Positions 24,991 to 38,459 of a stretch of 64,000 nt of DNA are shown piece by piece. The notes under the pieces are model-generated. The model was not told the DNA's origin, searched no databases, and was given only the letters and a program-made list of their open reading frames with translations. The first letter of the stretch is position 1. Each line of letters starts with the position of its first letter. The DNA comes from Craspedostauros australis. Its lineage: Eukaryota. Location of the stretch: positions 62,001 through 126,000 of the forward strand of contig JALAGF010003286.1 in the NCBI GenBank assembly GCA_030167865.1. The letters run 5' to 3'. The position numbers and the translations under genes were made by a program.

Positions 24991-25773
24991 ATGTGCAACC
25001 ACTCCACCACGCTGCTGCTATCAACCACCGAACCATGGTCCTCACCCGCACGCCAGAAGAAGCGACGCCTCATGATCCTGACGAACCGTCCACAACGAGA
25101 ACGCGAATCTGCAAAGCGCGTGCGATTCGGTGCTGTCGATGTTTTGCATCCTGCCACATCGGATGCTTCTCATGACAGACTCGACACGGAGCTCAAGCAG
25201 TCCTGCTGGTACTCCTCCGACGAACTGGAGGACTGCCGTGAGGATGCCCGCTTTGCGTTGGAGGCGCTGCACGAGCCGCACGCCATCGACGAGCGCATCA
25301 CGTGCATCCGGGGGTTGGAGAAGTACGGTGACATGATGGGCCGCATCATGGGGCAGCGGCGCTTGGTGGCCTCCATCCTCGCCCAGCAGGCCAACGATCG
25401 GTCTGCGGCAGCGGCGAGCAGCAAGCAATCTCCCGAGGAGGGCCTTGCGGCCATCTCGCGTGTCCTGTCGCAACCTTCCGTGCAGATCGCGCACTATTAC
25501 GCCGTGCAGAGTTACGCTCAGTCTCGTCAGGGTCAGCAGCAATGTCGCGATTCCAGCGCAGATCCAGCGCCGCGCACGGTATCGCCTTCCTCGGTTCCGA
25601 GACAGACGGTCGGAGGAGAACAACAGCAGCAGCAGAAGTGTCTGAAACGAAAGTTCGCTGCAACACAGACGGATCCCCAACACGCTGATGCCCAGGGTGT
25701 TGCGGTCGTGGAAGATGCGCGCTCGCCTGTGAGACGGTGTACCAAGCAATGCAGATGCAGCGACGATCAATAG
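24991..25773 (+). CDS. Uncharacterised diatom-type protein with KRVRF / WYS / CxRGLE motifs
   Basis: 260 aa from ATG 24991; motif order KRVRF...CWYSSDEL...CIRGLE...IL.QQ resembles a large diatom family; the upstream part of the raw ORF is A/C-rich UTR-like sequence. Confidence 0.7.
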   Translation: MCNHSTTLLLSTTEPWSSPARQKKRRLMILTNRPQRERESAKRVRFGAVDVLHPATSDASHDRLDTELKQSCWYSSDELEDCREDARFALEALHEPHAIDERITCIRGLEKYGDMMGRIMGQRRLVASILAQQANDRSAAAASSKQSPEEGLAAISRVLSQPSVQIAHYYAVQSYAQSRQGQQQCRDSSADPAPRTVSPSSVPRQTVGGEQQQQQKCLKRKFAATQTDPQHADAQGVAVVEDARSPVRRCTKQCRCSDDQ

Positions 25774-27580
25774 ACATCGTCGCCGTTCGTGGCACACAAT
25801 CGTATCTCACATGAACTAATAGAGAACAAACTACTAACATACCAATAGAGATCTCAACCAAACACGTTGCAGCTCGCATCAAGCAGAGGATAGAATATCA
25901 CACTACAGTGGATCAAGTTAGAGCAGCGCACAGCAGTTCTCAAGGTTGTCAGAATTCGATGGCAGGTCACGAGTATCTGGAACAGGAGGTCTCTTGGGAG
26001 AACATGCCCGAAGACTTGCGAAGGAGGCGCACACACCCTACCCGCCCCTTCACACCAAAGTGTGGATTGAGTATGGATGGATGCATGCATGCATCTATCT
26101 AGATTCGAGCAACGATCGTCACCCATCGGTTAACTTCACGAGGAACCCATCATCATCGTCATCGTCATCATCATCACAACCACGCAAGGAGACTGTCTTC
26201 ACCGGTGCTTCTGTGGAAACCGCGACAATCCATCCCAAAGAAACAATCGCCATCGTCGCCTTTCCCTCGTGCAATAAATCTACGTCACGGTTTTGTGAGG
26301 CTGATGGGTCGTGTCACGCAACTTCGTGCAGATCCGATGGCAGTTTGGATGACGCCAAGGCAACGTCATCAGCATCTGGCCCAATCGCTTCAAGCAGGTG
26401 ACAACTGTCCTTGACATGTCCTGACAAGCTTTTTTGCTCGCACGTGACGACATCACCACACGCTTGCGTGTTCGGGTTGCATTCCGAAGAGTATGCGGAG
26501 TAGCACGGCTGTTAGTGTGGCCTGTGCGAGATGATGGAGCTCGTACAGTAGATACAACGGAGATAGCTTGATGCGCCAATGGCCGTACAACGCACTATCT
26601 TTCACTAGTCTAAATTGTGGAGAATAGTTGTTAGCATGATACTCTACACACTTCTGCCAACCTGAGAGGCTTCGCCTACCTGTGGCAAAGCGCAGAAGAG
26701 CGGAAGTACGAGAAGGACTCCAGTGGAGTAGGTATTCAATTGCTGTGCACCAAACATTCACTCGCACACGTCACACTCAGTGTTGGGGACAAGGGTGGTC
26801 ATGATGTGAACGTTTGCTCCATTGGAAACTGCGCAGCTTTGTGAAGTTGCTCGTTGGCAGCTTGCCTTACTGCCCTGCCAGAGATACCTCTGACTACTAT
26901 ATGTCCCTATTCTCTTTCTCTCTCTCGACAGTAGTGAGTACTCAATCCTCTTGGAATGACAGTCGACGCGCTCTCTAGCTCGTGGAATACGACTACGCCT
27001 ACGCGTACCGCAAATACCATCGTCTCCATGGCGTGTTGCCGAGCGACTGTTTTTTTCTTCGGTTCTGGTGATTGTCGACGTGTTGGTTGTTTGGTTCGCC
27101 ATCGTCGCCCTCTTGCCACAGCGTGTCAGAGGGAAAGAAGCGCCATTCTGTTGTATTTTCGACCTCCTCGTCACAAACAAGCGACAGCGCTGGCAGAACA
27201 TCAAGGAAGAAAGTGGCCGTCCCCATGCACAGCAACACTCTTTCCACATTCTCTCCCTCTCCGCAAACAATTCGCATTTGCAGCCAGTGCGCCACCATGG
27301 ATGGGGCATCAAGGAGCAGACTCGCATGTGGAGTAGATCGTACGGATACCAATGCCCCAAGCACAGCATTGTGCAGATCGATGGGTTCCAACTCCCAACA
27401 TGCTTCTTCGTGCACGCACCAATACTAACGAGCAGAGTTGACAGTGCAGAGTAGAAGAAATGGAACTGGAGAACTCTATGCATTATCATTGCTACGCACA
27501 TGTTGACTACCATACGACTCCCAACGCAGCAATGCGAGGAAGGTCTTCCCATCATGAAACTCCAGAGAGCATTCCAAACT

Positions 27581-28495
27581 CTACATGTAGACATCACCGA
27601 CATGATTGATGAGTGCAAGGAATGTATCCACGTCCAGCTCCTGCGACGCTGCCTGTTCCGACAGATTTTTGGACGCAGTGTAGATCCCCTGATCGGCGGA
27701 AAACGAACATGAAGAAGATGCCAGATGGCGTCCCGTGTTCCGGATCATTTCAAATTCCCGTTTGATCGCGTAACATTGGAATGAAGTAGAGGAGAGCGGA
27801 GTGGAGATGGTTGTCCGTGAGATGATGTGGTGCAGAGCCCCAATGTGATCAGAACAGAAACGCACAGAAGAAGCGAGCAAATGAGTGAGTATTTTGCTTG
27901 CTGATCGAGCGCAGAGTACAGGCAACAAAGTTGCCACGACGCCGCTCTACTCGTACCATACTCCGCAGCCACAGCCGCACAAGTTTTCGTTGAGGTGTCG
28001 GAGGAAACACAACGCAACAATGGCAACAATGGCAACCACAACCACACCAAGTTTCCTTACCTCCGGATTGAGCTGATTTTCGCCTTCCGCGACGCTGTCC
28101 ATCATTTCTTGCGAACTGATGCTTCCCGCCTCCTTGTTGAGAGCGACGACGGGCGGTGGGGCTGGCCCATCCATGGCCCGCTGTTCTCGAGCCTGTAGGT
28201 ACTGCTCAACCTCGTCCTCATAGTGCTGCGCCTGCTGCGACGTATCCTTGGCAAACCACAGGCTGTCTTGGCTGGCGCTGTTGCCATCGTCAGCGGGGTT
28301 GGCGTTGTACGCGTCATGGTGGTTGTGGTTGTTGTTCCAGTCAAACATCTGGTTGAAGGATACCATGTCCATCGCAACTTCACGGCGGTGTGCAGCTTGC
28401 CTGGGCAACGTGAGGCCTGGTGCGAACGCAGCGCATGGTACGGCTGCGGTGGAGAGCCAGGCGAGGCAGACGATGGATTTGGGAGCTGTCGGCAT
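27581..28495 (-). CDS. Plastid-targeted protein of unknown function; exons 28495-28061, 27688-27581
   Basis: Signal peptide ending CAA-FAP (ASAFAP-type); donor GTAAGG after NPE and acceptor CAG before GIYTASK, phase 0. Confidence 0.65.
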
Positions 28496-29490
28496 GGTGA
28501 TGGTCGTGTTGTGCTTATACTTGTGTGTGTCGGAGCAGGTGTGTGTATGGATGTGCGTGACAAGTTGAGATGAACAGAATTATGATAGAAGTGCGAACAG
28601 ACAGCCACTAAAAGAGAAGTTGGTTGGAGCGATGGAGTGTTCGTGCGAGTGTTGTGGCTCTGCTGTTTGGTCGACCAAACAGAACGAGGAGTTGCGAAGG
28701 GATGCTATACCGTGCAAGGTGGTGGTGTGTGCTCTATTCGTGTGCTTCAATGTTTGCTTGCCTCTTGGGAGTTGTGCGGAAGCGGAGCGATCCCAAGCCC
28801 TCAACCGCCTTTCATCTTCAACCATAGCCAACCAGCGACATCACGGCCCCGCCACCATCTCCCCTTCACATGGGTGGCCACCGCTGCCTTCGTCACCGCC
28901 GCTGCCGTTTCGTTTTTGGGTGGATGCGCTGCCATCGTCATGGTCGTTCTTTCCACGTCAAATACCCCTGCACCCGAACCGCGCGAGTACCTGTTCTTGT
29001 CGGCAGAGTTCGGGTTTTGGCCATCAATCAACAAGATCGCTTGGTGCGCCTGCCGCCAATCAATCTGTTCACTCACCTCCCAGAACGCCCTCCACGCTGC
29101 TATTAGTCGAACGGGTCAAGTCCAGTCACCAATGTTTGTCTCTTCCAATCGCGAACCACAAAAAGACGGCTGATGTCAAACCCGAACGCTGCCTTCACCA
29201 CGAGCGAGTGCGAGCAGATCGCGGAATCCCATCAACAGAGGGAGAGAGAGGCAACTGACGCCAATGCCAATCGCAAAAGATGTGGCGTCCCATCGCCGCA
29301 ACCATGTTGGTTGCAGATTCGGGTGGCTGACCGACCATCGCATCTTCTTGCCATCAAACAATCAATCGACAGAAGAGGCATCCATTGATCATACTCCTCG
29401 CACATACTCGAGTACAACAACAATCATAGGTAAAGAGCCCGAGAGATCCAGATTGATAACATTGGCGGAGCCGCACATTTCACATTTGCA

Positions 29491-32400
29491 ATGGCGGATA
29501 ACAGCAGCAATGACGGCCATCACGATGTTGATGACGTCAAGATTCATGACAGCAATGACGACAATGACGACAATGACAGGAATGCCAACAGCGACAACGC
29601 AGGTGATGAAAACGTCCATGATCGCAGCATCGAAGACATCGAATCGAATGGCAACAATGGCGACGTAGATGATGACAACGCCCACGATCCCGGCATCGAA
29701 GACAACGACTCAAATGGCGACAACGTGGATGGACACGGTGAAGCCAGAAGTGGAGACATTGAAGAAGACATCAGTGACGACATCCCACCACAGGCAGCTC
29801 CTTCGACCGTGGACGATGAGGCACCGCAAGAACAGCCAACAGAAGAACAAGAAGTGAAGGAGGAAGAAGAGGATCGGCAGGAACAAGAACTGCAGGAGCA
29901 CCAACAACCGCTCCCACCCGCACTGCCGAATCCGTACGCACCAGGAGAGACAGGTGATGAGTCTGGCAGCCGCATGACCGCGGACTACGGCACCAGCGAC
30001 GACGAGGCGTACGATTTCTCCTACAGTGTCGACGAAGTGGAGAGCATCGACGAGCTATTGCAGGCACCGCCGTCTCCACAACGGGCCGATGCGAAGCGCG
30101 AGAAGAAGTCGTACGATGATACCATCAGCGTCGATAACGACGACGACGATGATGATCGCAAAACTGGCACCATGGGATCCAGTCCTGTCCCGGTACCGAC
30201 GTCCACACCAGCCAGCAACGTAGCATCCCTAACTGCTGCGGCGCGCGCTGAAACTGCAAAGACCGGGGCACCAGAGAAGAAGCAGACTTCGGCCTGGCAG
30301 GTCTTCTTGGGTGGTTTCGTGGCCGGCGTGCTCGCGCTGGGCATCGTCCTTGCTGCCGTCTTTAGTGACAGTGACGACAGTGCCGATGAGGCCACAAATG
30401 CCATCGCACAATCAACGCAGCCGCCCTCTAAAATTCCAGAAGCAGCGAGCAACGACACATCACTGTTACCCTCCATGCAGCCGGCTGATAGCCCCACCGA
30501 AACCTCACCTCCTAGTGCTGCCGTCGACGATCCAGAAGCTCAATTCTACGACCACTTTGAAACCCTTATGGGGCCCCTCATTCGTAGCCCTAGCACACCG
30601 CACAAGGCGGCTGCAGATTGGATCTTGATGGACGATCCACGCATCACGGCAACATCCACCAGTCGGATCCAACTACCATCAGTATCCGCATCCGCATCAG
30701 CCAAGCAACTCGATTTCAGCGATCCACTGTCCATTCCGCCGGAACAGCTCGAGCAGCGATACCTCATGGCCTTTTTCTATTTTGCATTCAGCGATACCGG
30801 ACTTGCGCCGTGGGAATTCTGCTCACCACCATCACAGCTCTCTAATACGTCCACGCGATGCGAATACTTTGAATATCGCGACGGACCAAACGTGAAAGTT
30901 GAAGCCAGTCGATGGCTGACAGCAGACAGCGAGTGCCAATGGGCCGGAGTGGTATGCAACGAAGCATTGCAAGTGGGATCCGTCTCTCTGCGTAAGTACT
31001 TATGTATCCTTGATGTGCTTCTGCGACATCACCATACAAATGCATCTTTCTCGTTGTGTTGTTCCTTCTTTGCACCGTCAGACTCACGCTTGAACTCGTT
31101 CTCGCACTTACGTACAATCGTGCGGCAACTTGCCGAACCACCCGCTGATCACGCGCCATGCCGATCCCATCCTTGTCTCTGATTTTGCATCTGCTCCTGC
31201 CTACCTACCTCTATGCTTGCCTTCTCCTTTGCTTCATCGCAGACGACTTCGCGTTGGTCGGTAGCCTTGCATCGGAGATCATGCTCCTCCCAACACTCGC
31301 ACATCTCAGCTTGACAGCCAGCAAACTTGGCGGCACGATCCCTCTCGAATACTCCAAATTGGTATCCCTCAACTTGACCAACAACGAGGTGACTGGCGAA
31401 ATCCCAGCCGCCTTCTTCACTGTGGCATCATCCATGACGGATTTCGACCTAGCCAACAACACCCTCGTTGGCCCGATCCCCCCACAAATTGGTAGCGCCG
31501 GTGCCCTCCAAATATTTAACGTCGCCAACAACTCCCTAACTTCTTTCCTTCCAACCGAAATCGATCAGCTCCAATCTCTCAAAGTCTTCAACGTTGCCAA
31601 CAACGGTTTGGTCGGATCCATCCCTGCCATTTTCGGCAGTTTCGATTGGACTGCCAACTTGGTAGAGCTAGTGCTGTCGGGAAATGGACTTGAGGGGGAA
31701 CTTCCATCCCTGAACGGTCTCGCCAGGGCGTTGGAGCGTTTCGAGGTGGCTGACAACGGACTGGATGGCCGGATCCCGATCAGCCTAGGAAGCCTCACCC
31801 ATTTGGTCGTGGCGCGCTTGGACAACAATCTTCTCACCGGGCCCATCCCAACTGAACTTGGTGTTTTCAAGCGCTTGGAACGGTTGTGGCTCAACGACAA
31901 TCCGATCTCTTTCACCATTCCATCTGAACTGGGGTGGTTGTCGTCATTGAAAGAGGCCCGATTCGGCAACACTCTCATCTCCGGCAGTGTGCCCACAGAG
32001 CTCTGCAGCCTGGATCTCACCACGCTATCTGCTGACTGCTTCCGCGTCAACTGTACCTGCTGCACGGTCTGCACGGTGGATCCTCGCGTGTCCGACATCC
32101 GCAATGGCCTTGCGAAACTGCTGGGTGGCGAAGACAAGATATCCAATGACAATCAGCCGTTGGGACGTGCCATGGCCTGGATCATCAGTCAGGATCCGGC
32201 TCAGCTGTTGTTCTCGTCTCCGAACTTCGTCCAGCGTTTCGTGTTGGCAGCTTTCTACTTTCAAATGTCCCAACTTGGCTCGAAGCCGTGGCGCAGTTGC
32301 AACCCCAACTTTTCCGACTACAACGACGAAACCTGCGACTTTGAGCAGATCACTGAAGATTCGGCAACGTCGACAGCCAGCAAAAGATGGCTGTCGTCAG

Positions 32401-34147
32401 CGCCGGAAACCACCTGGAGCGGCGTTAACCACAACGCATCGCAGTCCTTGAAAGTGGAACGGCTCTACCTCCGTGAGTCCTTTTCACTCTTGTGCGTCTT
32501 CTACTCTGTGTGCGACTATTTGCACTCTGCGAACCTTTTCAATCCCATTCTGTTCTGTTACGGTAGCGCTTCCAGCTGGCTTGGTGGTGCATGCTGTGCG
32601 TTTCATTTTACATTCGTTTGCGTGAAAACGAAGGAGACAGCGATCGACTTCCCACATCATCATCTACCAAGTGCTCACATCATCTCTCATCCTCGCTGCT
32701 GCTACTGCGACTGCTATTGCCTCCTAATACATGTCAATTTCTTTCCACACTCTGCTCACCCACACCCTGGCGCACAGCCGGACAAGAGCTGCTCGGTCAT
32801 CTCCCGGATGAGTTGACGCTCCTCAGCGATTTAACGCATCTGCTGCTCCCGCATAATTCCATCCAAGGTACCTTGCCTCCTGCATACGGCGACAGCAGCA
32901 AATTCCCTCTGGTCGCATTAGACCTCCGTGACAACATGATCATTGGAACCCGTGAGTCGAAGCATGTCCTGCCGATGATTGCTGGTTGCTGGTTGCAGCT
33001 CATGGTGCAGCTCATGGTGCAAACACAACTACTCTACCATACGCTATTGCACATTTTCGCATGCTCTTTGGAATACTATTCGTTCGATGTGTGACATCAA
33101 CCACTACTCGGATCTGCTCACTAACATTTCCTACTCTGATCATCACCTTTACGCGTAACGTGTCCTCATTTTTCGTACACCATCTCTCTCACAACCTGAA
33201 CAGTTGCGGACGGCTTCTTCGCCAATTCGCAGACCTTGGAGAAGCTGAATCTTGGAGTCAACATGCTTGTGGGCCGCTTGCCGAGCAGTATCTTCACAAC
33301 GCAAAGTTTGCAGTCTCTCAATCTCACTCACAACAATCTGACTGATGAGGTACCTGTTGAGATTTCGTATCTTGCATCGCTGACGTCGCTGGATTTATCT
33401 TACAACTTGTGGCGCGGGGAAGTTCCAACTGAACTTGGAGTGCTGAGCAGGCTGGAACATCTCATTGTCGGCGGCTACAGAGGAATCACAGGGCAACTTC
33501 CGACGGAGATCGGAAAGCTGACACGCTTGCGGTTGTTGGATATCTCCAACACGAAAATGAGGGGGAAGCTACCAGCCGAGATCGGGAACCTGTTACGCTT
33601 GCAATCTCTGGATGTGTCCAACTCAGAGATGACGGAACAAGTGCCGTCAGAGTACGGCCTGCTCTCCAATCTTCAGTTTCTGAACATGGCGCAGAACAAG
33701 CTCGCAGGGTCCATTCCCACAACCTTGGGTCTCTTGACGGAGTTGGTGGATCTGCGGCTCAATGGCAACAACCTCATCGGTCCGATACCAACAGAGTTTG
33801 GCCTACTGACAGATCTAGAAGTGCTGCACATGCAAGCAAACGAGCTCAACGGGATAATTGGGGCAGAGCTCGGCTTGATGACCAGCCTGATGGATTTGCG
33901 GTTGAATCACAACAATTTCAATGGCACATTGCCAATATCTTTCGTCCTGCTCGGGGACTTGAGAGTTGCGTTATTCCATGCCAATTCCATTGTCGGTCCG
34001 ATCCCAACCGGCGTCTGTTCAATCCTGATATTGGAGCAGTTCATGACGGACTGTAATTCACAACCACCCACCGTGGATTGCAGTTGCTGCACGCAATGCT
34101 GCGTCCCGCAGGTATTTGACTCGTGTCCAGTGGACTTTGATTTCTGA
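29491..34147 (+). CDS. Single-pass membrane LRR protein with two tandem cap+LRR modules; exons 29491-30991, 31243-32472, 32778-32951, 33204-34147
   Basis: Acidic N-terminus, TM VFLGGFVAGVLALGIVLAAVF, cap domain twice (AADWI..D...QRYLMAFFY / AMAWI..D...QRFVLAAFY), more than 20 LRRs, Cys-rich C-caps (CTCCTVC, CSCCTQC); three phase-1 GT-AG introns. Confidence 0.88.
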
Positions 34148-34347
34148 ACATCTCGTAACACGCTCGTGCATACAATGAGGTGTTTTGTTTACCTATGATA
34201 GTTTTAAGAAAGGATTTTACAATGTGTACATGTCATAGCAGGTGTATCGCAACCCTATCTGCTCTCCTTGAGACATGTTGGCATGCACGAGTCCACTGGA
34301 TGCACGCATTGCTGCGTGGATGGTGTAGTGGGATTGCCGCAACCCTA

Positions 34348-36135
34348 TCAACTCTGCTCAGGATCAGCTCCATTTTGAGGAGTTGCTGAGACGTCGGGAG
34401 CGGCGTGCGGCTGCTTGCGGCAAATGTAGATGTAGTCGGCCCTGTTGAGGTCGAAGCCAAGTGCGCGCGCATGAGCGAAGGTTGACGAAAGAGTGAGAGT
34501 GAGCGAAGCGTGAGGATAAGACTTTCGATCATTGATGCAGCAAGACAAGTGCGATCGACGGACGCTTGGCGCTGTGCATGATAGTCGACTTTGTGTGCTT
34601 GCCACAACATGTTCGGCTGCAGTGATCATATATTTGTATTGCTTCCATTGCTTCCATTGCTTCCATTGCTTCCATTGTTTTCATCGAGCACGCCGAAGCA
34701 CGATCAACATACTGTTTTGAGAATCACATCAACATGAGCATCACCACAGGATGGGATACGTCGCACTCACTTCGTCTGCCCTTCACGGTTCACTCGGTGT
34801 GTACTGAGTTCCTTCCAATAGTGCGAAATGTCGTTGCCGTGTTCCAAAAAGACGACGCGGGAGTCCGGGTTGCCATGCGTGACGAGGAAGAAGACGCCTA
34901 GATGATCCGAAAGCAATCGATGGCACTCAGCGACCATGTGCCGCGCGCTGACGACAGAGCCGATGGAACAAAGGACCGCATCCATGGTTCCCTTGCAAAT
35001 GATGAGATCGAAGCTTCCGTCTGGGAACGGCAACCGTTGCGTCACATCTGCGCACACGAATTTCATGTTGAACAACGACGGAGGTAGCTTCTTGTTGCCC
35101 TTGTTGCTTTGGGTGGTTTTGCTTTTGCGCGTCTTGTTGTTGTTCTCTTTGTTGTTGTTGCTGCTGCGGTTGCCATTGCCACTCTTGCTGTTGTGACCAT
35201 CGTGTTGCTTCTTGTGTTGATGGTACTTCGCATTGGCCCTGTTGTACTTGTGTTTCATTCTGTATGGAGTATTGCGATGAAGGGCAATGCGTTGAATCGG
35301 CGTTTCCAATCATGAAGTGGGAGGAGGACGACGTGAGACCAGCTGCTGCTGAGTTGGAGTTGTGGGCTGGAGGTTGCATCATGGTTCCAGGCGACAACTT
35401 CAAAAGCGTGCAATGCGGGATGATATCATGCCATACTCGACACAGGAAGCAACACACACAAGGGAGAGATGAGGCACAAGGTGGCATTTCAAGTGTTCGT
35501 AGGATAGAACTTACTGCTCAATAACGACCTCAGAGAAATCAACGTTCGTAATCTCTCCAGTCCATCCATCATGGATCATGTCTTCAGCGAAAGTGGAATT
35601 GCCACAACCCAAAAATAGTATTCGGCATGTCTGCTTGTCAAGTGCAGCGTGCTTATTTGCTCCTTGCGGCGAAGACGGCTGCGATGGGGCAGCCTTTCGA
35701 TATTGGTATCGCTTGTGCGCTTCTTCGGTGTTGCTACGATTCGTTGGCGCCAGCATCGGCGGCGCTGCTGGTTCTGCTGCTGCCGCAGCTTTTGTTGCCT
35801 GCGACGAGGCTGATGCCGTGTTGGAGCTTGCTTTGAGAAAATCCGGCATCAGCAAGTGCTTCAACGTTGGGTACGACTGCTTGTACCATTCATACGGACC
35901 GTTCTCTCTGCAGACCGATGCATTGCATTCAGGTTGATAGATCAGTGATGTGTGCGTACGACGGGCAAGGAAGATTGAGAGCATTGTTTGAGATCAGGTA
36001 CGAATTTGTTGCGAGAACAGGAGCATGGAAGGAACAGACGCTCGCAATCATCTCCGCACCACGTTTTCAAACGCGCACTCACTGGGTTGCTTTGTAGCGC
36101 TCATCCCAGTAATCGACTCTCCCATACATCGCCAT
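34348..36135 (-). CDS. Class I SAM-dependent methyltransferase, EEF1AKMT4/METTL13-N-like; exons 36135-36083, 35907-35515, 35259-34771, 34441-34348
   Basis: Spliced product MAMYGRVDYWDERY...YEWY...ILFLGCGNS...ITNVDFSEVVIEQM...SFDLIICKGTMDA...YIYICRK; three phase-2 GT-AG introns with consistent exon lengths. Confidence 0.85.
34638..34677. repeat. (ATTGCTTCC)4 tandem repeat in the last methyltransferase intron
   Basis: Four perfect 9-nt units. Confidence 0.85.
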
Positions 36136-37152
36136 GATTTCAATTGCAATTGTGAAATGATAGACCAGAGTAAGTGAAAGTCCAGCAAGTGACCACGTGA
36201 TGAAATGGAGGAATGAGTGGACGGACAATGATTGAGATTGATCATCTGACGCCGTTTGGAACTTGTGTCGAAGTCATCACGCACATGCCATCGAAGCCAT
36301 CCAAGTACGCATATAAGGAAGACAAGGCACAGCAATAGCGTGCATGGCATTGGAATGGATCGGACTGGATGGCTTCATGATGTCGCAAGACGTTGTGATG
36401 CTTGCAATGGATCCCGCTGAACGCATCGATCACGTGTGGGAGAAGGGGGAGACTCCACAATCGTACTCGCACGAGCAGCCCACATCGATGGAACACTGGC
36501 GCAGTTGATCTTGTGGGATTCCGCCTCCGAATCTTCAGCCACGCCAGCGTGGATGATCGACGAGGAGTGTTTGCGATGAGTCATGCTGCAGACTGTATCC
36601 GCTGTGACACCCACGAGAGGTTTCATTGCCATTCCTCCTTCATCACTTTCGTCCCTGCTCCTCTTCCTTTCGGCAATGTGGTCGTTGCAACTGGCGATGA
36701 CTCCGTCAACAGAAGATCGTGGCAACTCTCCCCACAACCAGCTTGGGGGCACCCGCGATGTTCTGCTCGTTTCGTTTTGCGGTGATGGGTTCTGGTAATA
36801 ATGCGAACTTGGTATCGACGACATCATCCACATGCGCGGTACTATGTGAAGTGTACCTTTTCAACCCCAACCAAACGATGTGACGCCAACAATGCTCGTT
36901 TCTGTGCTTCTGTTTTTGCACACAAACCGAGCAACATCGTCATCCCAAACACAAGGCATCATCACCACAAGAGAGGCACAACCAAACAACTCGACGTACG
37001 TACCATACGACTAGCCGTATCCTTATACCATACACTTCCATAGCCATCTGTCTATTCCTACCATACCTACTCGTACATTGCACACAGCGCGCGCGAGTAC
37101 AGTGCAAAGAAGGCAATTGCCACACAACGCATACAGCTCGTCATATTCGGCC

Positions 37153-37968
37153 ATGTTGCCGGTGCACTCCATATCGACCACAATCGCTCGATCGGCACGA
37201 ACGATCGCGTTGCGAGGCGCACCGATGCGCTGCCACAGACAAATCGTCGCATGCTTCGCGTCATGGAACCGATGCGATCGGCTTGATTCAATACTGCCGC
37301 AGCTTCGTGCACGATTCGACGAAGTGAAGGACGACGATGACGACTGCGTGTACGTCATGCCGAAGAAGACGCATGAGTCGGTGTGGGCAGAGGTCGATCG
37401 GCTGCGACAAGAACAAGAACAGCAGGAAGAAGCCATTGCCAGCGCATCCCGCCAGGCCGCGATCCTCGTTCCTCTCATCACCTGCAACGGCGTGCCATCC
37501 TTGGTGTACACGACGCGATCCAGCAACCTCCACTCTCACGCCTCCGAAGTCAGCTTCCCTGGTGGCCATTTCGAAGACGACGTCGATGTGACGCTGGAAG
37601 ATACCGCCTTGCGAGAAACGAGCGAGGAGTTGCTGAGCGCGTACCCCTTCGAAGATATGGAGATCCTGGGACGCGCCTCCGCCGTTCCTTCCATCCGCGG
37701 CGCCCCCGTGACACCGATTGTTGCGGTCATGCCGTATGAAATCGAGGATGCTTCCACCACGTTTCCAGGCAACCCGGACGAAGTGAAAGAAGTCTTTTGC
37801 GTGGGACTGGAGGAGCTGCTGGAGATTGAAACCAGCGAGTATTCGCCGCGGTTTGGATGCTCCATTCCGGTGTTTCCTACCAAGGATGGTCAGCGAATTT
37901 GGGGATTGACTGCCATCGTGACACGGCCGTTGCTGCATCGATTGTTCAAGCCCGTTTTCGGGCTATGA
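37153..37968 (+). CDS. Nudix hydrolase, CoA pyrophosphatase subfamily (NUDT7/NUDT8-like)
   Basis: AAILVPL, TRSSNLHSHASEVSFPGG, TALRETSEEL, NPDEV, IWGLTA; Arg-rich N-terminus may be a mitochondrial presequence. Confidence 0.88.
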   Translation: MLPVHSISTTIARSARTIALRGAPMRCHRQIVACFASWNRCDRLDSILPQLRARFDEVKDDDDDCVYVMPKKTHESVWAEVDRLRQEQEQQEEAIASASRQAAILVPLITCNGVPSLVYTTRSSNLHSHASEVSFPGGHFEDDVDVTLEDTALRETSEELLSAYPFEDMEILGRASAVPSIRGAPVTPIVAVMPYEIEDASTTFPGNPDEVKEVFCVGLEELLEIETSEYSPRFGCSIPVFPTKDGQRIWGLTAIVTRPLLHRLFKPVFGL

Positions 37969-38459
37969 AAGTGGGAGCAGACGGTGGCGACAACAAATGC
38001 AAACGTGATGAAACGTGGAAGGAACCGTGGCAAGGAAGCCGAGACAGCGATGCATGGACACAACGAGTATCGAATCCGAAGTTGCTCGTGAATCAACGAT
38101 GGTTTACTCGGGAATGAAAACGGCGCCAAAAATGAGGAAAATACTCTCTTTGATTCGTTCGACTACATGCGAATGACCCTCGTTCCGAACATCAAGAACG
38201 AACGATCGGAACAACACAGCCACGCGAGAGGCATCAAGGGGTGAATGCGGGTGCTTCCGATCCATGGACGCACTGCGCAATTCATCGCGTTGTTGATGGC
38301 CGATAGGACGCCCCTTCCAAAGAGGCACACTGATCCGAGGTATCTGCATTTGCATTCACTGCTGCATCTGCATCTGCACGTTCGTCGTTGACGATATCAG
38401 CGATAACAGCAGCAACAGCAGCAACAACGGAAGTAGAAGCCAAAACGACAACGACAACC

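Noticed and set aside
25900-27560. Overlapping ORFs including 26758-27618 (-)
   Set aside because: Atypical composition and no motifs; treated as intergenic.
36375-36833. 152-aa minus-strand ORF upstream of the methyltransferase
   Set aside because: The methyltransferase is complete from ATG 36135; this ORF ends in its own stop and has no recognisable features.
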